Assembly (NCBI GenBank): GCA_021797915.1
Contig: JAJZYT010000003.1
Span: 812-64,811, forward strand
DNA length: 64,000 nucleotides
Reading direction: 5' to 3'
Source: Thermoplasmata archaeon
GTDB lineage: Archaea; Thermoplasmatota; Thermoplasmata; Thermoplasmatales; GCA-001856825
Made by a program: the position numbers and the translations under genes. Under the pieces are notes generated by a model, which was given only the letters and a program-made list of their open reading frames with translations, did no database searches and was not told where the DNA came from. Shown in pieces: positions 36,886 through 45,423 of the stretch; positions within the stretch are counted from its first letter, which is position 1; every line of letters starts with the position of its first letter.

Positions 36886-37616
36886 TCTTGCCTCACTCTC
36901 ATCTTCCGTTCTTTGGAAAATTTTATCTCTTTCAATGTTTCTTCATCGATCTTTCCGTCGTATTCTTCTGGTTCATTCATGCTTTCTGGAGTCACGAACT
37001 TGCAGATGAATACTTCCTGACCAGCGTGATATATATGCTCTCCGCTTCCCAGAATCGCTTCACTCCTTATAGGTATGACTAGGGGGACGTCAAAGTGGTA
37101 GAGACCCGCGATGTATGCCTTTTCTTTCGAGCTTGAAAGATGTATCCATCTCCTGTCGGAAGGAAGTATTCCATTTTCCCTGAGAATCTCAAATTCTTCC
37201 TTGTTTGTAGGATAGTACAGAATTTCGGAGATGCCGTCCGTAGGCAAGTCGGTAAGATCAACGTCTATAGAGTGTCCGTATGTGGCTCTCAGGTATCGCT
37301 TGTTGTCGCTCAACTGGTACCTTCCCTTTTGGTCCGTCAGTACTATTGCGAATATGTGCGAGGGGCCAACGAAGTGGAACCGTCTGTAATAGAACCTGAT
37401 CTCCTGCACCATTTCGTCTATGTTGACGTATCCTCTGTCTGATATCTCCAGGTGGTACTTTTCTGGTTTGTGCCTCAGAATTCCAGTGATAACCCTGCCG
37501 AGCAAGTCCACTTCTTCTTCGGAAAGGATAAACTTTCCTTCCTCTCCACAGGACGGGCAGTCGTGTCCCCTGTAGTAGCCGTGTACCATGCACTTGCGGA
37601 TCTCGATACTGGGCAC
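36876..37616 (-). CDS. kptA: RNA 2'-phosphotransferase (Tpt1/KptA) with N-terminal zinc-ribbon-like extension
   Basis: ILRHKPEKYHLEISDRGYV and RYLRATYGHSI motifs, with N-terminal CMVHGYYRGHDCPSCG. The last 10 nt overlap the 5' end of tRNA-Ala on the same strand. Confidence 0.82.
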   Translation of the reverse strand: MPSIEIRKCMVHGYYRGHDCPSCGEEGKFILSEEEVDLLGRVITGILRHKPEKYHLEISDRGYVNIDEMVQEIRFYYRRFHFVGPSHIFAIVLTDQKGRYQLSDNKRYLRATYGHSIDVDLTDLPTDGISEILYYPTNKEEFEILRENGILPSDRRWIHLSSSKEKAYIAGLYHFDVPLVIPIRSEAILGSGEHIYHAGQEVFICKFVTPESMNEPEEYDGKIDEETLKEIKFSKERKMRVRQEGW

Positions 37617-38034
37617 CAGCAGAAATTGTGAATGGTGTTATAACATTTTTGCAAATTTCTCAACCAATGCAAGTCATGTAAGTTTCCTCAACCTAAGGAC
37701 TCTAATAATACGGTCGAAGGACACTTATACCTTTTCTTTGGAGCATCTCTAATGACCAGAATCACTGTCATAGGCCTTCAGGAATCCTATTCCACCCATA
37801 GAAAAATTTGTGTAAGAGTATCACGGATCCTGCTATTATTACACATATTACTGCTTCAGTAATGCTGTAGTTATCCTGCAGTGCAACCATCGAAAGCAGG
37901 AACCCGACATATCTTTCTTCGTGAACAAGGAGAAAATCGACCAAAGAGTCTCATTATGGAGAATGCGAGTATCCAGGAACGAGATCTATTTTGATTAAAA
38001 TTTCTTATATAATATCAGAATCCGCAAGTTACAT

Positions 38035-38766
38035 ATGAATGAGTACAACCTAATTCTCCTAGTGGTGATTCCGGTCCTATTCGTACTTGGGCTGAGAATC
38101 AAGGCCTTCAGCAGGGAGGGAGCCATAGCCTCTGCGATTGTGGGCTCGCTTATCATTATAGGAGGAGGTTGGCTATATTTTGTAATGCTTTTCTTATTCC
38201 TGGGCTTATCCTACATTTCGACCCTTTCTGGATTTGAAAAGAAGAAGAGCTGGAGCCTGCAAGAGGGTCTAAAAGGAGAAAGAGGGGCAAAGAATGTCGT
38301 GGCAGCGGGAGCGCTTCCAGCAGCGATCTCCCTTATGAATTTCTGGAACTTCAGTCCGATGCTTATTTTCTTCCTTTATGTGGTCGCATTGGGAACAATT
38401 CTCTCCGACACGGCTGCATCCGAGATCGGTTCTCTCGATGAGAACACTTACATGATACTAACCCTGAAGCCTGCTGAAACGGGGATGAATGGTGGTGTTT
38501 CTGCTCTGGGGACCATAGTATCTTTCGTCTTTCCCATATTCTTTTCACTCTTTGGATACATCATTTATGGTGGGCTGATATCTATCCCCCTCGGAGTACT
38601 ACTCAAATTCGCTGTTCTCTCAGGTTCGTTGGCATTTTCGGGCTCTCTCTTTGACTCAGTTCTTGGAGAGACTTTAGAAAACAGAGGTTACCTGACAAAG
38701 TACTCAGTCAACTTTTCGGCCGCCCTGTTTGCCACTATTGTGGCTTTTCTGCTATTTGTGAGGTAA
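38035..38766 (+). CDS. DUF92/TMEM19-family integral membrane protein
   Basis: 243 aa, polytopic, with ERGAKNV and SDTAASEIGSL motifs typical of this family. Confidence 0.7.
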   Translation: MNEYNLILLVVIPVLFVLGLRIKAFSREGAIASAIVGSLIIIGGGWLYFVMLFLFLGLSYISTLSGFEKKKSWSLQEGLKGERGAKNVVAAGALPAAISLMNFWNFSPMLIFFLYVVALGTILSDTAASEIGSLDENTYMILTLKPAETGMNGGVSALGTIVSFVFPIFFSLFGYIIYGGLISIPLGVLLKFAVLSGSLAFSGSLFDSVLGETLENRGYLTKYSVNFSAALFATIVAFLLFVR

Positions 38767-38795
38767 CTTTATTTTTCTCAAAGGAATCTCAATTG

Positions 38796-40010
38796 ATGAA
38801 GATTCTCCTCATTATTGCAGATGGACTCGGAGATAGACCTCTCGATTCCCTAGGCGGCAAGACTTCGTTGGAAGCCGCTGATAAACCGAATCTGAATACT
38901 TTGGCAAGGGAAGGGATGATCGGCCTGATGGACCCTATCCGACCTGGCATAATACCAGGGTCAGATACTTCTCACCTGAATTATCTGGGATATGACCCGT
39001 TCAAGTACTACACAGGGAGAGGACCTTTTGAGGCGATGGGGACGGGCCTCACGCTGAGAGGCGGAGATGTAGCTTTCAGGGCCAATTTTGCAACAGTTAA
39101 TGATCAGGGGACTATAATCGACAGAAGAGCGGGCAGAATCAGGGAAGGAACCTCCGAGTTGGCCAAACAGCTCAATCTGAAGATTGACGGTGTTGAAATA
39201 TTGTTCAAGGAGGGTACTGAACACCGAGCTGCTCTCGTTTTGAGGGGTGAAGGGATCTCCACTGAAGTAACGGATAACGACCCCCACGCAGATAACCTGA
39301 AACCCAAGGACATCGTACCGACTTCAGAGAAGGGTAAAAAAACTGCGCATATATTGAATGAATTCTACAAACAATCGCTTAGAATCCTCAAGGATGCGCC
39401 TCTAAATGTCAAAAGAAGATCCAATGGAATAAAGGAGGCCAATGCAATCCTCTTCAGGGGAGGCGGTGAGATACCATCCTTACCAAGCTTCAACGAAAAG
39501 TATTCGCTTGACGGAGGTTTTATTGCAGGTGTTGCCCTGGTCTCTGGGATTTGCAGACTTGTAGGTCTGAAGGATTTCACTCCCGAAGGTGTCACCGGGT
39601 CGATCGACACCGACGTGAAGAAGAAATTTGCGGCCGCAGTGGAAGCACTTAAGGAGGTCGATTTTGTACTTGTCAATGTAAAGGGTACAGATATCGCAGG
39701 CCACGACGGAAATGGGGTCGCCAAGAAAGAATTCATCGAAAAGATCGATGCCGCTCTAAAGGATACCGTGATGAAAGTGAGGAACGAGATTGTAGTGTGT
39801 TTCACGGGAGACCACTCAACACCGGCCAGTGTAAAGGAGCACACCTCAGACCCAGTTCCTATTCTACTTCGTTATCCGGGATGCAGGAAGGACGGAGTTG
39901 GAGAATTTGATGAAATAAAGGCCAAAGATGGTTACCTGAGGCTTCAAGGAAGCGACCTTATGAACGTTCTCCTGAGTTCTGCAAACAAGGCCGAGAAATA
40001 CGGAGCCTAA
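38796..40010 (+). CDS. apgM: 2,3-bisphosphoglycerate-independent phosphoglycerate mutase, archaeal type
   Basis: IIADGLGDRP, DIAGHDG and TGDHSTP motifs. The ATG at 38796 is preferred over the TTG at 38793. Confidence 0.88.
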   Translation: MKILLIIADGLGDRPLDSLGGKTSLEAADKPNLNTLAREGMIGLMDPIRPGIIPGSDTSHLNYLGYDPFKYYTGRGPFEAMGTGLTLRGGDVAFRANFATVNDQGTIIDRRAGRIREGTSELAKQLNLKIDGVEILFKEGTEHRAALVLRGEGISTEVTDNDPHADNLKPKDIVPTSEKGKKTAHILNEFYKQSLRILKDAPLNVKRRSNGIKEANAILFRGGGEIPSLPSFNEKYSLDGGFIAGVALVSGICRLVGLKDFTPEGVTGSIDTDVKKKFAAAVEALKEVDFVLVNVKGTDIAGHDGNGVAKKEFIEKIDAALKDTVMKVRNEIVVCFTGDHSTPASVKEHTSDPVPILLRYPGCRKDGVGEFDEIKAKDGYLRLQGSDLMNVLLSSANKAEKYGA

Positions 40011-40669
40011 GATATACTTTCTTCCAACAGTTTCTTGATCTCTTCGTCCCGGTTCTCTATCTTCAGAAGAAGTTCCTTAGCCTTCTCTTTCTCACCAGAA
40101 TTGAGATATATGCGGGATAATAGGACGAGAGCGTTTCTGTCCCTCTGGTCTATCTTGAGCGAGACCTCACAAGATTCTTTTGCGTCGTTCACTCTTGAAA
40201 TTTTCATCAGGACCTCGGCCCTCTGGTTCCAGTATGAAGTGTTCCTGCTTTCCATTTTTATTGCAGTGTCGACTGAAGCCAGGGCCTCCAGATATCTTCC
40301 CATTGAATAAAGCAGCCTTGACTTATCGAAGTAATAGACGGCCTTCTTGAGCAGGTTGATCGATCTGTTTATGTAGGACAGCGCTTCCTCCTTGTTGGTG
40401 TTAAAATTTGAAAGGAAAAGTCTCCGATATGTATCTGGGTTAATCGGATAATCTTCTAGGAGCATCTTCTGGAAGGTCGTTGAGTCCTTCCCTTGTTTCT
40501 CAAGAATGTCAATGAGGAGGATCAATGCTTCAATGTTCTTCTTTATCTCTATGGATTTCCGTGCGTGTTTCTCGGCTTCCTCAAAATATCCATCTTCAGA
40601 GAGTTCGAATGCAGCCATGTATTCATCTGTGCTCTTAGCGAGTGAAGGAAGAACTCTGTCTTGGCTCAT
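40007..40669 (-). CDS. TPR-repeat protein
   Basis: 220 aa with repeated 34-aa A/Y/L-patterned helical repeats (e.g. YFDKSRLLYSMGRYLEALASVDTAIKMESRN). Confidence 0.65.
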   Translation of the reverse strand: MSQDRVLPSLAKSTDEYMAAFELSEDGYFEEAEKHARKSIEIKKNIEALILLIDILEKQGKDSTTFQKMLLEDYPINPDTYRRLFLSNFNTNKEEALSYINRSINLLKKAVYYFDKSRLLYSMGRYLEALASVDTAIKMESRNTSYWNQRAEVLMKISRVNDAKESCEVSLKIDQRDRNALVLLSRIYLNSGEKEKAKELLLKIENRDEEIKKLLEESIS

Positions 40670-40750
40670 ACTGGACTATTAAATTACGACAATTTAGCTT
40701 TTATCATGATAAGTGAATAAACTAGTAATACCACTCGACATTTTAATAAT

Positions 40751-41719
40751 ATGAGAATCCAGTTGATTGGTTTGGGTTCAATTGGAAAAAATTTGTTGAA
40801 ACTCATAAATCAGAAAGGAACGAGCATAAGTGAAAAATTGGGAGAAAAAATTGAGGTAGTTTCTGTGAGCGACACCACTGGAACTGTGATCACCGATGGA
40901 ATGCCTCTTACGAGGATCATCCAGGCAAAGGAAGGAGGTGGTCTCAAAACGCTGGACTCATTTGAAAAGATCAATGCAACCAGTGCAATTTCTGATCTCG
41001 AGGCAGACATTGTTGTTGAGATTACACAAAGCACAAAGGACGGGAAGCCAGGGATAAGCCATATCGTTTCTGCATTCGAAAATGAAAAGAATGTTGTGAC
41101 CGCCAACAAGGGCGCACTGGTCTCAGACACTGACCTCTTCAAAACAGCTAAGGAAATGAAAAGGACTTTGAGGTACGAAGCAACGGTATGCGGAGGGCTT
41201 CCTGTATTCAACATGATGGACTACTGCATGATCCCAGCGAAGATTTCCTCTGTGGATGGAATATTCAATGCTACGAGCACTTTCGTGATTTCTCAATTGG
41301 AGGCTGGAAAAAGTCTGGCGTCGGCTAAGAGCGAGGCGATCAAGATAGGAATTGCAGAGAGAGATCAGCGTGATGATATGGAAGGAATTGATTCCGCGAG
41401 GAAAGGAACCATACTCCATAGGCGAATTTTCGGTTCCAATCTCAGGTTGAGGGACGCAGATATATCCGCGAAGCAGAGCGAAATTGCATCGGGAACGAGA
41501 CAGTTCACCGAGGTGACTGCAAAGGGAGTTAAGGTTGAGTACAAGAAGGTCACAGAAAAGAATGTATTTTCAAATGCCGTTGGTCCATCAATGGTCATAA
41601 GATTCAACACCGACGTGCTAGACCACCTTACCTTGTTCACAGATCACGATGGCCCATTGGAGTCAGCAGCAACAGTATTAAATGATATCCTATTGTCGAG
41701 GTCAGAAAAGGGAGCATAA
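40751..41719 (+). CDS. hom: homoserine dehydrogenase
   Basis: N-terminal Rossmann motif IQLIGLGSIGKN, then VVTANKGAL and YEATVCGGLPVF. Confidence 0.82.
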   Translation: MRIQLIGLGSIGKNLLKLINQKGTSISEKLGEKIEVVSVSDTTGTVITDGMPLTRIIQAKEGGGLKTLDSFEKINATSAISDLEADIVVEITQSTKDGKPGISHIVSAFENEKNVVTANKGALVSDTDLFKTAKEMKRTLRYEATVCGGLPVFNMMDYCMIPAKISSVDGIFNATSTFVISQLEAGKSLASAKSEAIKIGIAERDQRDDMEGIDSARKGTILHRRIFGSNLRLRDADISAKQSEIASGTRQFTEVTAKGVKVEYKKVTEKNVFSNAVGPSMVIRFNTDVLDHLTLFTDHDGPLESAATVLNDILLSRSEKGA

Positions 41720-42837
41720 TGAACAAGGGGTATACCGCATTTATAGGTGTATTGGCAGTATTGTGGGTGGTAACTTTAGTAATTGACGTGATTATGACAC
41801 TGGCGCTTTATCCTTCTAGATTCGGTGCAATTGCAAGTATTACCGGGAGTGTCACATCGAACAGCAGGGTTCCAATATACATCATAATCGGGTTACCCGA
41901 GGCCGTCGGATTGTTCTATCCTCCGTATCTGTTCTGGGCCTTATGGATAGGGGTAGTTGCTGCTGCCGTTTCAGTATTCATAATCATATCTCTTTATAAG
42001 TCGCTTCCACGATTCGAAAATTCCAGTCTCTACCGAATTTCGGAATTTTTTGCGTTGAACCTGTTTCTGTCGTATGCGTACATATCATTTGTTTCCGTGA
42101 TTGGCTATCCAATCAAATCCCCGATACCACCTGGGGCTACCAATTTCATATTCAATTTCTTCGAACTCACAAATGCTGGACTGTATGAAGAACTGATTAC
42201 CAGGGTCATCTATATCGGAATTCCGCTATTCATTTACTATGCATGGAGTAGGCACGGAATGAGGTCGCCTTCCAAACCAAAGAGCCTCCCGTGGTGGAGG
42301 GTCATTTGGGGTGGAGGATACAAATTCGGAAAACCGGAGATCACAGTTCTGGTAATCTCATCCCTGATTTTTGGTATAGCTCACGCAGGCTCCTGGGATG
42401 CATCAAAGATACCTCAGGCTGCTCTAGGAGGGGTATTCCTGGGTGTTTTGTACATGAGATTCGGTCTATATGCGGACGTTCTCTTCCATTTCTCAATTGA
42501 TTCTCCAAGTATTCTTTTCACAAAGGGTTACGGAAATCCATTCGCTTCGGTCGGAACCACAGATCTCTACTCGTTGTTTTTACTGATATTCCTTGTGGCC
42601 GGTGTCGCCGTTTCTATGGCATACATCCTAGAAGTTAGTAAACTATTGCAGAACAGAAATAAAAAAGTGGCTGTTCCAGCTGGTTCATCTTCCTATACAC
42701 CGAACCAAGATTCCAGTCAAACTCGAACTAATGCTGGAGCTTACTGCAAGAACTGCGGGTCCAGAAACGTGACTTTCTTCTATGACGACGTTTACCGTTG
42801 CGATGACTGCGGGAATGTGTTCAAGAAAGATCAGTAG
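41719..42837 (+). CDS. CPBP-family intramembrane glutamic protease with C-terminal zinc ribbon
   Basis: Motifs EELITRV, FGIAHAGSW and HFSID in TM context. C-terminal CKNCGS...RCDDCGN. Its start overlaps the hom stop (TAATG). Confidence 0.72.
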   Translation: MNKGYTAFIGVLAVLWVVTLVIDVIMTLALYPSRFGAIASITGSVTSNSRVPIYIIIGLPEAVGLFYPPYLFWALWIGVVAAAVSVFIIISLYKSLPRFENSSLYRISEFFALNLFLSYAYISFVSVIGYPIKSPIPPGATNFIFNFFELTNAGLYEELITRVIYIGIPLFIYYAWSRHGMRSPSKPKSLPWWRVIWGGGYKFGKPEITVLVISSLIFGIAHAGSWDASKIPQAALGGVFLGVLYMRFGLYADVLFHFSIDSPSILFTKGYGNPFASVGTTDLYSLFLLIFLVAGVAVSMAYILEVSKLLQNRNKKVAVPAGSSSYTPNQDSSQTRTNAGAYCKNCGSRNVTFFYDDVYRCDDCGNVFKKDQ

Positions 42838-44033
42838 TTTGCCATCTCGTCGACTCTCATAATTTCCCTGAGGACAGAAGTTGCATACCCACCGGGAGGG
42901 AGGGCAAATCTAACGGTAGAGTCGTCGTAATCAAAATCCTTGAACCTCAAGAATAAGTCCCTTCTCTCACCCCTCGAACTTAAACCGAATGGAAGCTTAA
43001 AATCCGAAGTCTTGATGCCTTCTTGCTCAACGACCTTATTCTCCAAGTCCCCAACCGCTCCAGTAGCAAGATCTGTGTCGTATCCGATGATTAATCCCGT
43101 AGGAGATCCATCTCCTCTCTTGAAAGCTAGGGTCATCTTGTCTAGGTTCAGATTGTTGATTCGAATGAACTCATCATTGAAATGAAACACATCACCTGGA
43201 AGTGGGAATTTTTTCATTTCCAACCTCCTGCTAAGTATTTTATTGAAGATGTATCCCTGATATGCGTGGACAAACATCGAAACCAAGTTGTCAGGGAGCT
43301 TCTTGATTGCACCCGAGTAATCTTCTTGGTTGTTTACAAGGTGTTCCATGACCATTCTTTCTAGGTCCAACGATTCAGGGAAAATAGAAAGTCCCATCAC
43401 CGGGTCCGGGTTTTCATAATACTGCTTTCTGACTTCTGCAAACCTGTCTTCACCAGGGTAGCCTACAAAGATCCTAACTGCTTCTTTGTAATTTCCCTTC
43501 AGCATCTCTTTTCCCACCAGATGCGTGACCGGACGAAGTGACCCAAATCTCTGAGGTCCGTAGAAATTAGGGACCATTCCTGCCTTTTTCACACTACCAC
43601 AATTCGTTTGGAAAATTGCAGAATCTGAATCGGATATCTTGATTTCAAAGAAATTTCTAGAGTGTGACCCCACTGTAAGTGGGGAGTCTAGGTAGAAGTG
43701 TTCCAGGACTTCAACATCGTCCAGGTGAAAGTCTCTGTATCTCGCTCCAGGTATGCTGAAGTACTGAACTTTTACGCTCCTCCTGTCCTTTGTTCCAGCG
43801 AAGAGGATCCTCTTTGGCGAAATGTGGTTGCTTCTTGCAAGAAATCTTATGAGTCTGTTGTGCTCCCAGTTCTTAGATTTCAATTTGAGGACAAGTACCT
43901 TTCCGTCCTCTTTCTTTTCTAGACTGTCGAACTGTTCTTCGACGTAGAAATCTTCAGAGTTCTTTCTGAGTTTTCCACCGGAACGTTCTAAGTCTAGATA
44001 ATAGTCCGAGACCCCTATTTCAGCGAAATCCAC
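42831..44033 (-). CDS. truD: tRNA pseudouridine synthase TruD/Pus7 family
   Basis: Catalytic motif AGTKDRRSV; 400 aa. Confidence 0.85.
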   Translation of the reverse strand: MDFAEIGVSDYYLDLERSGGKLRKNSEDFYVEEQFDSLEKKEDGKVLVLKLKSKNWEHNRLIRFLARSNHISPKRILFAGTKDRRSVKVQYFSIPGARYRDFHLDDVEVLEHFYLDSPLTVGSHSRNFFEIKISDSDSAIFQTNCGSVKKAGMVPNFYGPQRFGSLRPVTHLVGKEMLKGNYKEAVRIFVGYPGEDRFAEVRKQYYENPDPVMGLSIFPESLDLERMVMEHLVNNQEDYSGAIKKLPDNLVSMFVHAYQGYIFNKILSRRLEMKKFPLPGDVFHFNDEFIRINNLNLDKMTLAFKRGDGSPTGLIIGYDTDLATGAVGDLENKVVEQEGIKTSDFKLPFGLSSRGERRDLFLRFKDFDYDDSTVRFALPPGGYATSVLREIMRVDEMANY

Positions 44034-44086
44034 GACCTGCTAATATCATCAACAATATTAATAACTGTTTTCACCTTCCTGCTTAG

Positions 44087-44911
44087 ATGTGGGAAGGTCT
44101 CACTGGGAAGAGAAGGAAGAATGGACTCTACGGATTACTGATAGGAATATCTGTTTCCTCCATTCTGCTCTACCTGTCGTTTTATGTTTCATTTATTTAT
44201 TTGCTGATACCTGTTTTGCTTCTTGTTATATTCCACTACACAAAGGCATGGAGGTTTTCCGATAGGGCATTCTACGGATTTATAGCAATAGTTATTGCAT
44301 TCTTTATAGCAATGGCCGGGATTTCAACTTCTATCACGGGGTCACCAGACCATTCGACAGCGGAATTAAAGATGTCGTCCGTCACCTACGATGTTAATTT
44401 CGGTTATTACAACAACAACGGGAGTTACACATTTAACTTCACTGTCCCAGCGAAGAATGTTACAGACACTGCCAAGTTGCAGCTCATCGACTTGTTCACA
44501 AATACCACTCTGACGACCACGAATGTGACCTTCAACACTATCGGTGCAAACTACTCATACTCGTGGAATGCTGGACAGCTATCATCTCACGCGTACGTAA
44601 TATACATAACCCTTCACTTTATTAAGAACAACACGACGGTAAATCAGGGGGTCGAATTCTTAGGACCCGTATTGATCCCTGCAGTCAGTGTAGTGTTTCT
44701 CCTTGCGGAAAACCTGATCGTCAGCTATCTTCTCATAACGGTCCTGTTTTTCCTCGCGTTTGCATTCTTTGCAAGGGCATTATCCACCTCGAGGCAAAGA
44801 AAGAGTAAGGGCGGGGACCAGAATCCTCCTAACCCCCCGACACCTATAGACCAGCCTATAATCGACGGTGGCCAACAAAAGACCGGTTGGTTTAAGAGAA
44901 GAAATTACTGA
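44087..44911 (+). CDS. hypothetical membrane protein with sequon-rich extracellular domain
   Basis: 274 aa. N- and C-terminal TM helices flank a domain dense in N-x-S/T (NGSYTFNFT, NVTDT, NTTLTTTNVTFN), followed by a Pro-rich tail. Confidence 0.6.
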   Translation: MWEGLTGKRRKNGLYGLLIGISVSSILLYLSFYVSFIYLLIPVLLLVIFHYTKAWRFSDRAFYGFIAIVIAFFIAMAGISTSITGSPDHSTAELKMSSVTYDVNFGYYNNNGSYTFNFTVPAKNVTDTAKLQLIDLFTNTTLTTTNVTFNTIGANYSYSWNAGQLSSHAYVIYITLHFIKNNTTVNQGVEFLGPVLIPAVSVVFLLAENLIVSYLLITVLFFLAFAFFARALSTSRQRKSKGGDQNPPNPPTPIDQPIIDGGQQKTGWFKRRNY

Positions 44912-45363
44912 GAGGCAAGACCCAGTTCTTTGATCTTACCCATGACCTCGTTTGCGTGCTCTTTCGGGTTCACTTTCGGGTATATGTGAGCTATCTTTCC
45001 CTCCTTGTCGATGATGAAAGTGACTCTCTTTGCAGTTCCAATTCCGAGCACATTGTATTTCTTTGAAATTTCCTTAGATGTATCTGCAGCGAGAACAAAT
45101 GGAAGGTCATATTTTTCCACAAATTTCTTATGGGAACTTTCCGAGTCCACACTCACGCCTATCACCTCTATTCCCTTCGACTTGTAGTCGTCAAAGTTGT
45201 CTCTGAAGTTGCACGCTTCCGCTGTACAACCAGGAGTATCATCCTTTGGATAGAAGTAAACGACCACTACTTTTCCTCTGTACTCCGATAGTCTACCTTT
45301 GCCTCTTCCAAAAGGCAGTTCAAAATCCGGTGCCACATCTCCAATTTTAAGCTCGTTTTCCAT
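44905..45363 (-). CDS. bcp: thiol peroxidase Bcp/PrxQ
   Basis: FYPKDDTPGCTAEAC motif; 152 aa. Confidence 0.88.
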   Translation of the reverse strand: MENELKIGDVAPDFELPFGRGKGRLSEYRGKVVVVYFYPKDDTPGCTAEACNFRDNFDDYKSKGIEVIGVSVDSESSHKKFVEKYDLPFVLAADTSKEISKKYNVLGIGTAKRVTFIIDKEGKIAHIYPKVNPKEHANEVMGKIKELGLASQ

Positions 45364-45423
45364 GAGGTTTCAAAGAAAATGAATTTAAATAATTTTTCTG
45401 ATAAATAGAACTTATTATATCCT

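Noticed and set aside
36813-37082. ORFs 36813..37082 and 36829..37020 (+).
   Set aside because: They are antisense to tRNA-Ala and to the 3' end of kptA, so they are shadow ORFs.
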